A DNA stretch of 63,754 nucleotides, the filler included, from Blastocystis sp. subtype 4 (lineage: Eukaryota), in the NCBI RefSeq assembly GCF_000743755.1. It is 3 parts of 3 records of this genome, joined end to end, with 100 filler letters (N's around TTAATTAATTAA, not from the genome) between each part and the next. Parts side by side here need not be neighbours in the genome. Positions count along the whole stretch, not along the records: positions 1 to 22,041 come from NW_014569368.1; 2 more parts are not named here. The stretch is one strand, 5' to 3'. A model generated the notes under the pieces. It was not told where the DNA came from. It searched no databases and worked only from the letters and a program-made list of their open reading frames with translations. The position numbers were made by a program, and so were the translations under genes. Of this stretch, positions 1-11,140 are shown piece by piece; position 1 is the first letter of the stretch; each line of letters begins with the position of its first letter.

Positions 1-4
1 ACAA

Positions 5-2821
5 ATGCAGACTTCAACAGTAACCACTCCAGTGACATTCCTTCAATCTGGAAGTAACACGATTGCTATTGCGATTGTTGCTATTGCTGACAGTTACACT
101 ACATCCTATTTCGATGCAATGGTTCGTTTGATGCCTTCAGAACAATCTGAATCTCATATCTGGGAATTCACTGCTACATTATCGGGTATATATGGAACTG
201 CAACTGGTCCATTTGATATGTATTGTTACACCTATATCTATTACTATTCATGTACTGATAATTCTCTGATTGTGACTCTATCAAACAATCGTCGTGAATG
301 GATCAGTTCTGTTCAGATTCAGAACTATTACTCTTCAACATATAGCAACTATAAAGCTACTGAATTCAATCTGTATGGTCGTAACTTGGGAACAGATGAA
401 TGGACACTTCTTACTGAAGTCACTGGTCTCACTTATTCTACTATTGGTCAGAAAAGAAGAATCTATTTCACCAATAATACTCCTTACAATCAATTCAAGT
501 TTGAGAACTTTGGTACTGGTGATTCCTCTGAATGCACCTGGTATGTCCAATCTCTGGATCTGTTTGCTGATAACATGTTGGCTGATATTCCTAACTTCAC
601 CTATGATTCTTCAGTCACTGTGTATAAGGATATTGAGATGGCTGAAGTGATTCCTGAGAATAATGATGGCTATTATAACTTCCGAGTCTCTCCTTCTCTT
701 CCTGATGGTATTATGATTGATCCTTATACTGGTTGGATCTCAGGTACTGCCACTTCTGAGAGTACTACTCAAACCTACACCATCACTGCTACAAAGGTAA
801 GTGGAGGAGATGTGACTGCTATCATCTCTCTCTCAGTTACAGTATGTACTGGAGGCCAAGGATTGATGACTGTTCGTTTCCGAGCTGACTATTATGCAAA
901 TGAGAATTCATGGAAACTGTACCAAGGAAGAGGAACTTCAGGAACTGTTCTTCAATCAGTATCTTCATTCCCTGTATCAAGTGCTTATTACTATGTTGAT
1001 TTCTGTTTGAATGATGGAATCTACACATTTGAAGGATCTGATTCATATGGAGATGGATGGTCTACTGGAACTGGTTACACTCTGACTGTTGATTTGGGAG
1101 AGATGGAGTTGGATATCATGGAAATGAATAGTGGAACGAAACCGATCTATGTATCTTCTGTATTCTCAACATATTTCCCTTTCCAGATTGAATATACGAA
1201 TTGGAAGGTGATACAGAGTGATGATGTGTCAAGTGATTGGAATAGTGTGAGTTTCGATGATTCCACTTGGAACACATACAAGGCTGTTGATATTCCTTCC
1301 ACTTCTTCAATCACAACATATATCCGAAAGAGTTTCACAATGAGTGGAGTGAATGATTATCAAGTGTTGAATGTTCGAGTGAAGTATTCTGGAGGAGTGG
1401 CTGCCTATCTGAATGGAAATCTGGTTGCTCGATTCAATCTTGAAGAGGACTTTGATTCTTCGAGTGTATCAATCACTGATCATGATGCTAATGTGTTCTC
1501 GAAGTTCCATGTGATTCTGTCAACAGCTGGAATTCAAGAAGGCAGTAATGTATTCAGTTTCGAGATTCATCGTCCTTTGAGTGCTTCCTCTTCTGATCCT
1601 GTTGTGTTTGATGCTACTGGAGTATTTGGAGTTGAAGACTGTTCTACTGTTGTTGATTCTTATTCTTCTCTCACTTCTACTACTCCCACTTCAGGTACTC
1701 TTGCTGATATCATGGATCTGGATCCTTACACAACTGGATATCTTCCTAATTCTGTTGGAACCTATATTGATTGGACTGTTGAGAATCTTGTTGGAAGCAA
1801 ATGGAACTCATTCAACATGGTTGGAGCGACCACTGTTTCTTCTTGGGGATTTGATATCATTGCTACCTACAATCCTGATGAATCTGCTGAGGAAATGACA
1901 ATTCTGAGTGCTATTGATCAGACTGTGACTTCTCGAACAAAGCCTCAGATCTCTGTTCCTGTAGCTCTGGCTGGATTCCGTAGATATCGATGGGAGGTAA
2001 CTGATACAGCTTCATCGACAACCACTTTGGGTTCTGTTCATATGGCCTATTGTAAGGCTTCAGGATCTGTGTGTCCTGCAATTGGTAACTATCCTTCAGT
2101 GGCTGAAGGTCAAATCTCTCCTTCTTCTTGTGAGACTGGTTATAGTGGCTATTCATATCGTGAGTGTTCTAATGGTGTGTTGGGTGAAGTGAAGATGGAT
2201 CATTGTTCAAAGAGGCCTCCAACCAATGCTCGTTACCTGTCCTCCCAGAATCGATTTGTGATGGGAACAGCTGTAACCACTGGTGTTCCCTCAGTGAGAA
2301 ACATTGTTGAACGTTGGTACATTGATACTGGAGTGGTTCTTCCCGCTGGATTGAGTCTAAATGAGAATACTGGAGAGATTTCTGGAATTCCTACAGAGAC
2401 ACTGGACTTAACAACCTACACAGTGTATGCTGAGAATGAATCAGGAGCTACGAGAGCAACAGTATCAATTGTAGTACGAAAGGGACAATGTGTTGCAGAA
2501 GGTGTGTTCCCTGTGACGGATGTTGGTACAGTGGCTGAGTATGATTGTGCTACTCAAGGAAGTTACGTGGGTACACAGAAGCGTGCTTGTGTATTGGGAA
2601 CCACTGATGGAGAATGGCAGAACGCTACTGGCTTCTGTGTGTCTATTCCCATTTTGGCTGTGATTGCATTGGTATTGATTATGATTGTTGTTGTTGTCGT
2701 GTTTATCCTTATGAGAACTGGAAAGAAGGCGAAAGCAGTAGGTGGTGTGAAGGGAAAGAAGTCGTCGAAGTCAACCAAGACAACATCAAGGAAGGTTTCT
2801 GCAAAACAGGTGAAAGTTTAA
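5..2821 (+). CDS. Large type I membrane surface protein (galactose-binding-like, He_PIG/Ig-like and Cys-rich hormone-receptor-like modules); probably 5' partial
   Basis: Intronless 938-aa ORF. He_PIG-like motifs LPDGIMIDPYTGWISGT and LPAGLSLNENTGEISGIP; FDDSTW...YIRKSF...YLNG module; C-terminal hydrophobic TM segment and Lys-rich tail. TGTTTGTT at 2839-2846. Confidence 0.85.
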   Translation: MQTSTVTTPVTFLQSGSNTIAIAIVAIADSYTTSYFDAMVRLMPSEQSESHIWEFTATLSGIYGTATGPFDMYCYTYIYYYSCTDNSLIVTLSNNRREWISSVQIQNYYSSTYSNYKATEFNLYGRNLGTDEWTLLTEVTGLTYSTIGQKRRIYFTNNTPYNQFKFENFGTGDSSECTWYVQSLDLFADNMLADIPNFTYDSSVTVYKDIEMAEVIPENNDGYYNFRVSPSLPDGIMIDPYTGWISGTATSESTTQTYTITATKVSGGDVTAIISLSVTVCTGGQGLMTVRFRADYYANENSWKLYQGRGTSGTVLQSVSSFPVSSAYYYVDFCLNDGIYTFEGSDSYGDGWSTGTGYTLTVDLGEMELDIMEMNSGTKPIYVSSVFSTYFPFQIEYTNWKVIQSDDVSSDWNSVSFDDSTWNTYKAVDIPSTSSITTYIRKSFTMSGVNDYQVLNVRVKYSGGVAAYLNGNLVARFNLEEDFDSSSVSITDHDANVFSKFHVILSTAGIQEGSNVFSFEIHRPLSASSSDPVVFDATGVFGVEDCSTVVDSYSSLTSTTPTSGTLADIMDLDPYTTGYLPNSVGTYIDWTVENLVGSKWNSFNMVGATTVSSWGFDIIATYNPDESAEEMTILSAIDQTVTSRTKPQISVPVALAGFRRYRWEVTDTASSTTTLGSVHMAYCKASGSVCPAIGNYPSVAEGQISPSSCETGYSGYSYRECSNGVLGEVKMDHCSKRPPTNARYLSSQNRFVMGTAVTTGVPSVRNIVERWYIDTGVVLPAGLSLNENTGEISGIPTETLDLTTYTVYAENESGATRATVSIVVRKGQCVAEGVFPVTDVGTVAEYDCATQGSYVGTQKRACVLGTTDGEWQNATGFCVSIPILAVIALVLIMIVVVVVFILMRTGKKAKAVGGVKGKKSSKSTKTTSRKVSAKQVKV

Positions 2822-3048
2822 AAGTAGAAACAGGAGATTGTTTGTTGATAATCGTGATCTAGTGATACTTCTTGCTAAAGAAGTACCATAATCAAGTCAT
2901 TGACTCATTCATTCAACAGTTATCTTTCTCTACACCCAGAAAACTGATTTGAATTCCTGGTTCTGAAGATATGGAGAGATGAACTGATGAACGAAGAATA
3001 GGATGGATCATTTCCAGAAGGTGTTGTGACTTTCCATTTATTCTTTTC

Positions 3049-3061
3049 GAAGGTTCTAGAA
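3049..3061. promoter_or_regulatory. Heat-shock element-like GAAnnTTCnnGAA
   Basis: GAAGGTTCTAGAA is three alternating nGAAn units about 140 nt upstream of an HSP20 ATG; a further TTCcaGAA lies at 3012-3019. Confidence 0.5.
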
Positions 3062-3196
3062 ACAATGGAAGAATGGTTGTCAAAGAATACAAACACTTCA
3101 TCTTGATTATCATATGTACGGATTACTGAACATATTCTCTTCAACCAACACATCCTTGTTCTCATTCTTTTCTTATAAGTGAACTAATAATTGAAT

Positions 3197-3817
3197 ATGG
3201 ATTGTATATTAATGATGCCTTTTGGGTTTATGGCAATGCCTATGATTGCTGATATTATTGTCTCTGTTGTTGGAACTATTCTTCGTATTGTACCATGTAT
3301 TCTTGTCATAGTATTGACAACGAAATTGCTTTTGAGACTAGTTGGATGTGATCAAAATGAGTTGGAAGAACAATGTAAACGCCATTGTGAAACAATGAAA
3401 GAGAAATGCAGACAACACTGTGATATGATCAAGGAGAAATGTGCTTGTGCGTCAAATAAGGTGAAGGAGTGTTGTCAAAAGAATGCTCCCATCCTATCAA
3501 TTGCTCTGGATGTAAAAGAAAAGACAGATTCGTTTGTTGTAGAAGTTGATCTTCCTGGAGTGAAGAAGGAGGATATCAAGGTTGAAGTGGAAGATAATGT
3601 GATTTCAATCTCTGGAGAACGAACTGCTGAGACGGATGGTGATTTCAAGTCTCATATTATTGGAAGACACTTTGGCTCATTTGATAAGAGGGTAAAGCTC
3701 CCTGAGTCTGCTGATCTAAATGACATTATGGCCAAATACGAAAATGGAGTATTGACTCTCGTAATTCACAAGAAACCAGAGTTTGTGAATCAGAAAAAGA
3801 ACATTGTGATTGAATAG
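3197..3817 (+). CDS. Small heat-shock protein (HSP20/alpha-crystallin) with hydrophobic N-terminus and Cys-rich linker
   Basis: DLPGVKKEDIKVEVEDNVISISGER, FGSFDKRVKLP, AKYENGVLTL and C-terminal IVI (IxI) motif. TGTTTGTT at 3820-3827. Confidence 0.9.
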   Translation: MDCILMMPFGFMAMPMIADIIVSVVGTILRIVPCILVIVLTTKLLLRLVGCDQNELEEQCKRHCETMKEKCRQHCDMIKEKCACASNKVKECCQKNAPILSIALDVKEKTDSFVVEVDLPGVKKEDIKVEVEDNVISISGERTAETDGDFKSHIIGRHFGSFDKRVKLPESADLNDIMAKYENGVLTLVIHKKPEFVNQKKNIVIE

Positions 3818-4011
3818 TCTGTTTGTTTGCAACACATGAATAGAATCAAATAAAGAAAATCATCTTTCGAATAGAACCTTCGATTCTCTTGCATTAGAAG
3901 AATAGAATAAAACTTGATCGAATCCTTAATTATCAAGAAATGATCAAATGATGAAACGTGCGAACCAAAACGAATCTATTCTTCTTCTTTTCTTCATATA
4001 TTACTTATATT

Positions 4012-4638
4012 ATGTTCTATTTTAGTTCATTACCGCTTCCTTACCCTCTTAACCCTATTATTTACCTCATTACTCTTTTTCCAATAATCATTCTTCTCCT
4101 TACTCAACTACCGAAGCTATTTCTTATTGTATTTGGTGTAAAACTTGTGATTCATGTTCTTGATACATTTGTGAACAAGAAGGAGAATCAAGAAGAAAAG
4201 GAGAATGGAAAGAAGGTTGCGAGTTGTTTTAGTGATGCATTTGATGATATGAAGGATTGGATTATGAATGCATGGAATGAAATCAGAAAGTACGTTGTAA
4301 ATGTGAAATCAGCCTTTGAATGTGGAGAATACCGAGCTGAGATGACTGAATCGAAGACAGATTTTGCTATAAGTATTGATCTACCTGGAATGAAGAGAGA
4401 AGACATTAAGGTGGAGATTGAAGGAAACGAAGTAATAATNNNNNNNNNNNNNNNNGGAGAAGAGAAGAAATCAGTCTTTTCTGAAAGGGTTTATGGTGAA
4501 TTCTCGAAGAAGATTACTCTTCCTGAATCTGCTGATATGGAATCAATCATTGCAAAGTATGAAAACGGTATTCTGTCCCTCCTGATTCACAAGAAGGAGG
4601 AGAATATCCGAGATAAGAAGAGTATTGTGATTGAATAA
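4012..4638 (+). CDS. Small heat-shock protein (HSP20), tandem paralog with hydrophobic N-terminus
   Basis: DLPGMKREDIKVEI, YGEFSKKITLPESAD, AKYENGIL, IVIE. Contains a short N gap. Confidence 0.88.
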   Translation: MFYFSSLPLPYPLNPIIYLITLFPIIILLLTQLPKLFLIVFGVKLVIHVLDTFVNKKENQEEKENGKKVASCFSDAFDDMKDWIMNAWNEIRKYVVNVKSAFECGEYRAEMTESKTDFAISIDLPGMKREDIKVEIEGNEVIXXXXXXGEEKKSVFSERVYGEFSKKITLPESADMESIIAKYENGILSLLIHKKEENIRDKKSIVIE

Positions 4639-4677
4639 TAACTGTATCATGTACCATTCTTGTTAAACAAACAATAC

Positions 4678-5670
4678 AATCCTTCTTCGTTTTCAAGTCT
4701 TCAGAATAAGATGCTTGAAAAGGAATGGGGATAAAGAGTCTCTATACATCACCAATCCTATGAACATCTACTAGACCAAACAAGTGTTCAATTCCATAAA
4801 GGAAGAGGAATAAAGTGAAACAAAGAGATTTGGCTGTTACCTATATATCACCTTGTAGAATAGAAGCAACAGGATGGATTGGAGTAATAAAAGGAAGCGG
4901 AATAAACCCAATGGCACACTGATAACACAGTGACAATGTCAGCAAATGCTCTATTTCTCTTCCTTTAATCAATCAAATCAAGTTTACTGTTTTCGGGTCA
5001 TTAATGCCCTTGTAACCTTGTCCATCCATGAACCCTTCATATCATCAAGCAGAAGCGAAGCAAGAAATCCACCTCCACACCCAGTAGCAATCGATCCAAA
5101 AGTTGCAGAAACAACACTTCCATTACTCCTTATTGCTGTATCTACTCCCCACGAAGTCACACAATGAACACGTAGTAAAGCTTCAGTTAGAAAGAAGAAC
5201 AACTATCACTCACAACACAACACAACAAATAAAAGAATTCTTGAAGAGAGAATCAACAACAGATTGAGGAAGAAGTGTTATACTCACTCTACTCATATCA
5301 CTAACGATAACTAACATACGTACAAATCAAATAGGAGATAAAACCAATGGAACGACGGAGATATCCAAGCATTTGACCATGAACAATACTTGTGAATGTT
5401 GAACCACCTAGATAAGATTAAATCATCCATGAAATACCAAAACACATTAAGAATGTACATACAAACAAAGGAATCCCATGCATATATCCTTTGTACTGAT
5501 TCCGTAAGAATAGAGATGCTGTAAGTGCACAAAGAGCGTCAGCAACACTTAGAAATGGAAACGGTTCCAACCATTGAAAACCCTCAATCTAGTCCATCAA
5601 ATATTCATGTGATTAATACCGCTTGTACAGCTCCATTGAGAATAAATGTCTGATTGAAACTAGTGAACAT
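4678..5670 (-). CDS. TRIC/TMEM38-like trimeric intracellular cation channel (spliced; stop predicted to be created by polyadenylation)
   Basis: Manual splicing of ~30-nt introns gives CTFLMCFGGSTFTSIVHG...ALLRVHCVTSWGVDTA...SIATGCGGGFLASLL, matching the two Gly-rich TRIC repeats. Ends KTKKD plus an in-frame T 5 nt before TGTTTGTT (4673-4666). Confidence 0.75.
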
Positions 5671-5722
5671 GGTAAAGAACTAAGTACAACAAACAAGAAC
5701 TATACTATACATCACTGAAATG

Positions 5723-6306
5723 TTATTCTTCCAGAGCCCACTTGTTTTCCTCACGAATCTATATTCAACAATACCTCAAAACCCAACCTTCGCCTCCTCT
5801 TCAGAAGTGAAGTCATTGACAATTCCGAATGCAGCACGAATCTCTTCAGGACTCTTTCCCTTGATAATACTTGCAACCTTGGCACAACTACAGGTCAAAC
5901 CCAAGTCCCAACAATACGTCAAATCCAGAAGCGGCTGAATAATCAAGAAATTGGCAACAACAATCAGATCCAACAACTCTTCTGTAGTAATGTTCACGAA
6001 ATTGGCATCCCATTCGGATACGACATCACGCATATTGCTACTTTTCAGCGGTCTATCGATTTCAGTAAAGGGTTTGTCCAAATGATATGTACCTACAGAA
6101 ATCACTTCAACAAAACAAAACTCACAAAACTCAACAACTCTATTAAGAGAAGTCTCTTTCACGTTCTCCAAAGTGACTGTATTATTCGAGATACTTCCCT
6201 TCTCTTTCAGTCCTTTCAGATACTCAGACATTTCAAGAACCTTTGGTTCAATGATATGTCTGCCTCCTTCCATACTAATAAGTACATATTTGTCTCCGTT
6301 CTCCAT
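5723..6306 (-). CDS. SKP1: SKP1-family SCF adaptor (spliced)
   Basis: VSEWDANFV, LIVVANFLIIQPLLDLT, AKVASIIKGKSPEEIRAAFGIVNDFTSEEEAK|IREENKWALEE*. Minus-strand TGTTTGTT at 5695-5688. Confidence 0.93.
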
Positions 6307-6590
6307 ATTCTTGGCTCCAAAATGACACTTTTTCCTAATTGTCCCTATTAATAACTGACCCAATTCTTTCTTTTGTTCTTTTATCTATAGATCTTGAATA
6401 GAATGGTTGTTTACTGATCTGTAGGATGGAAAAAGTGAAGGATAGTGATATGTCGATGGATTACAGAGAACAGTAGAAGGTAATGAATGGGAGATAAGTG
6501 TAAGGAGATTCTATGAATATTGACTATGAACATTTGGAACAACACACATTCTCCATAAACAACCATGAAAGATACAATACAAACATCAAC

Positions 6591-8186
6591 TCAACTATCT
6601 CTAGACACAAGAATATCACCAAATGCTTCGTTTTGATGAACCTCCACATCATGCTTGCTTGCTGCAACTAATAAATGGAAGAAATTCGTAGCAGCAGTAC
6701 GACGATCATTCTTTGTCGTATACTTGTTCCAAGATATAAATCGTTCTCCTTCCTTCACTAAAGAATCTTCCAACTCCTGTTTCATTTCTGCTACAAACTC
6801 TTCATAAGCTGGAACAGCATGCTCAGCTTCCACTTCACGAATCTCAATATTATCCTGCTCTTCAGCTGGCAAGTCCATCATCTGTTCCTCCATAGGATCT
6901 TCACCTACTGACAGTGGTTCCATATCCATATCAGGCAATTCACCCTTACTTGTAGTAGAGTGTACAGGAGTGAACGATGGAAGAATACCACTTGTCTTTC
7001 CAGAAAGCAACCGACTTGTGACAAGATCTTGAAGACTAGATCCATACGACTCACTCAACTCCATCTCTGTTGCATCCAATAGTGTTATTCGTAATCCACT
7101 CAACTTCTGACGTTTTGCACGAGCAGATTCCAAAGCCTCCTTCAACTTCTTTCGAGTCATCAACACACCCGACATTGGCAATTCGAGAGCTATTCATCAT
7201 TATCATATCCTATTCCGACATTTATCCAATGTCACCAAAGGTCGTTTACGTTGTCGGCGAGACTGACCACTCTTCTCGATGGGTTTCAATAATGTTTGTT
7301 CCACAGTTGGTCTACAAGTCATTCCCAGTCCTATTATCCACTCTCCATAAGAAGTCGGTTCCACATCCATATCGAGTGCTCCATCCCAACTATCTTCCAT
7401 CTGAGCAATTGGACCAATTGCATTCCTATGAAGATCGGTGGGTAGAAGTAATGTCGAATCAAACCCAGAACGCTCTAGAAATCATCCTCCATACAAAGCC
7501 AAACCTCCTCGACGAGACTCTACCTCCAATTCTTGAGCAATCAGAGAACGATCAGGAACAGCAGGAAGCAAATCATCAAGAATACTCTCCTGAGTGTACC
7601 GTTGAAGCATATCTGTCTCCACATCCATCAGTTCATCTCGATTATCCAGAGAAACATTCATACTCCCACTCAGAGAGTCTGAAGCAAGCTGATCACCTGA
7701 AAAGTTCTACCAATCATCAATCACCATCACTCATCATACTGCAGCAATCCAACGATCCACAACATCACCCTGATCAAAGGAAATGTCAACCTCACAAGCA
7801 CTTCGAGAAAACAAGCCACTGTTTAAGGTAATTTGTTGATCACTAGCCACCATCAACTCTTTCGGCAAGTCATTCGAGCTCAACGACATCACATCCTTAA
7901 TCGCACTCTGAATACAACAACAATCATTGAACAATAGTTGTGCTTTCTTGTCTAAAATACGAGAAAGTCCTAGAAGAAGCAAAGCACGCATTCGCAAAGG
8001 AAGATCAACCTCTGGAGCAGCAATACTTTCCGCACATGACTAGAAATCATTTCAGATTCCAACAAACCCAACCTGAATCGATATATCCAATCGTACTCGT
8101 TTTGAACCTTTGGTTGTGGATTGTGTGGCAATCAATACTTGACTCAATTCACCTTTCTTATCTTTCAGAAACTTGTAATACAGCAT
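6591..8186 (-). CDS. Rad21/Rec8-family cohesin kleisin (spliced)
   Basis: N-terminal MLYYKFL..KKGELSQV and LRMRALLLLGLSRILDKKAQLLFNDC; C-terminal winged helix RRTAATNFFHLLV..VEVHQNEAFGDI. Confidence 0.82.
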
Positions 8187-8337
8187 TGTATCTGCTTCTG
8201 GAAACCAATCAATGAAGAGAATCAAATTGGCGGTGACACACATTTCTGGCGGGAAACCTGAACAAAGAGCTATTTGGAGTGCAACGACATTCTTATTCAA
8301 TTTGAATCTCAAAAACAAACAAAACAGAACAACTAAA

Positions 8338-10759
8338 TCAACCAGTCTTTTGTTCAAACCATTCTGGAACCAATTCTGGAATCCAACTGGACTCAATAGC
8401 AGTAACTCCTCGAAAGTAGTCTTTGGTTGTATATACCAATTCCTATTCATAAAGGAAAACAACGAAAGAAGCATATCAGGATATAGTATACACAATCGCT
8501 TCAGGATATGGTTTCTTCTGAAAGAGGACCGAAGCAGGATGAATAGAAGCTGTTTTGTTGCCTATCATTGTTTTATATTCAGCTCGACTGTTCTTCACGA
8601 CTTCTGTCACCTTCTTTGCGAGTTGGACAAACATCCCTGCAGTTAAGCATTTTCGAACTTGGTCCAGCTCTCCTTCACAACTCTATATTCACAATTCCAT
8701 ATCAAGACAACAATTTCCACAAGACCCAGCTTCTCACAATATCCAACCAACTGTTTGCGAATCTCTGTAGCTGTTTTCATCGATCTTGGATTGATGAAAT
8801 TATCATAGCACCACTGAATGTTTCCATTCACTTCTCTAGTCTTCACTTTCTTCTCTATTCTCTACCGATATGCATGATACACATTCAAGAAGGTTAGATG
8901 ATCACCATAAACAGATGCAAAACGCTTGTGAGAAACATTCGCCTTCTCGCGTTCCTCACGAGGTGAGAAGAAGATATTTTCCACAGACAGAATCGACACC
9001 AAATCTAGAATCTATGAATCAATTCTTCTATCAACGAACACCTCAGAAGTACAATGGAAGTCTTTGCTCAGGAGAAGAAGACGAGCATAGATTGGATCAA
9101 GAGGAAGCATTGCCATTTGACGTCCTACTGATGTGAGAGCTCCCTATTCATAAAAGGATGTTGAAGGATCTACTGTCTGTCGATCTAATGCTCCCAACAT
9201 GAGTAATTGCTGAAGAGCTCGCTTCAATGAATCACGAGAAGGAGCTTCCAAATAGTTGAATCCCAAGACATCCTTCACTCCGATAGTCTTCAACTACAAG
9301 GAAACAAATCCCTCCAATCATACCTGAAGAATGATACTCGAGAGATTACATCGCTGAATCTCAGGAACAGAATCTTCTGCCAGTGCTAAGAAAGCCTCTT
9401 CAGGGAATAAGCGATAACACTACAATCAATCAAGCAAGCAAATCAATCGTACTTTCCCTTCACTTTCTCTTCCAGCACGACCTGTTCGTTGCCATGCATG
9501 TGATTTGGAGATTGGCACAACCAGAAGCGATTCTAGTCCTGTAGCTGCTTGACTCACACGGATCTTTACCATTCCCGTATCAACCACATATTTGATTCCT
9601 TGAATGGTGACGGATGATTCAGCGATGTTTGTAGAGAGAATCACTTTACGACAACGAGGAGGTGCTGGTGCAAATACAGCCAATTGCTGATCAGGAGGCA
9701 GAGCAGCATAAAGCGGATAGATCTAGAATCAAAATGGATCTGCAAACATACTAGAAGGGTCCAATCATCCTTTGGCAGCAACTTCACTTTGTCTTGTAAC
9801 AGAAGGGATAACGATTCTATCTCTTCCTGACCTGTGAGAAACACAAGAATATCTCCTGGAGGCATATCCAAATGAAGCTGAAATGAAGGAACACAATGAC
9901 TCCTACCTGTAGAATGGTTATCAAGGCAGCTTCGAGATAATCAGGTTCTGGTGTTGGAGTATAACTATATTCAATCCACTTCTTCATTCCTACTAAACTT
10001 CAACAGGGAATGTTCGACCCTGAATTCGAATAATATGATTGGGATACAATCGACCTGTCTCTCCTGGATAGTAGAATTGATCAAACAGATTGGATTGAAG
10101 TGTAGCACTCATCACAATCAGTCGAATGTCTCTCTTCTCCTGAATCCATTTCACAAATGAACACAGAATATCAGTTTGGAGAGATCGTTCATGAGCTTCA
10201 TCAATAATAATCACACTGTATCTACTCTCAATCCAACAAAGAACTAATACTCAGACAATTCATTATCCAACATGGCTTCACGTAGAAGCATTCCATCAGT
10301 GATGAATTTGATATAGGTTTGAGGACTAGTACAGTCGTCAAAACGAACACTGTAACCAACTTCTCCTCCTAACTGACAACCTCGCTCTTCTGAAACTCGT
10401 TTCGCAACAGTAATAGCTGCTACACGACGAGGTTGGGTGATTCCAATCACTCCTTCACTACATATGAGAGATTCCAGAAGAATCCACCTAAACAATCCAG
10501 ATTCGTGCAGGTATTGGGCAATTTGAGTCGTCTTTCCACTACCTGTTTCTCCAACAATGATCGTTGTTGGATTCTTTTTCACTGAATTGATAATTTGCTG
10601 ACGATACTGATATACAGGAAGACTCTTCCGTTCTTGTTCCAGCTACTTCTCACTGAAGAATCCCAAACTCACATTCTTTTTGGTTCGTTTATTTCGAAAC
10701 ACATTTGCAGACTCATTCTCATCATTGAAGAACACTTCCTTCACTTGTTTCCGACCCAT
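8338..10759 (-). CDS. DEAH-box RNA helicase, DHX33/Dhr2-like (multi-intron)
   Basis: [47 protein letters not shown] and OB-fold [18 protein letters not shown]. Short N-terminus. Confidence 0.9.
8443..8484 (-). other. U12-type (minor spliceosome) intron with AT-AG termini, 42 nt
   Basis: 5' end ATATCCTG, branch-like TTTTCCTTTAT, 3' TAG. Removal yields the conserved AIVYT|ELVYTTK; the retained intron contains stops. Confidence 0.8.
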
Positions 10760-11140
10760 CTCTGATTATATTTCTATATGTCAATATTGATAGTTTCATC
10801 GATATACTATAAAATCGAAATGGTACTGTAGTCGTACAAGTGAGAGGAAACGAGAAAAGTGTTAGAAAAGAAGAACCGCGGTTTGGAAGGATTCTTGGCG
10901 GATATCAAGAACACATTCATTACAAGTTGGATTTGGATCCTTTGGAGTTCGAGGGTTGTAGAAACGTTGTGTAAGTAGATTGAACAAGTGGAAATATCTT
11001 TCTGTGAAAGGATTCTTTGTTTCAAGTTGCTGTTGGATTCCTGTGAGTGAATTTGTGTTGGACTGCATTGAATGAAGTGATTGAATTCTTTTCAGAACTC
11101 AATTGGATGGTTTTGAAGTGATGATTGACCTGTGTTGTAG

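Noticed and set aside
7070..7831. 253-aa + strand ORF
   Set aside because: Antisense shadow of the kleisin gene with no recognisable motifs.
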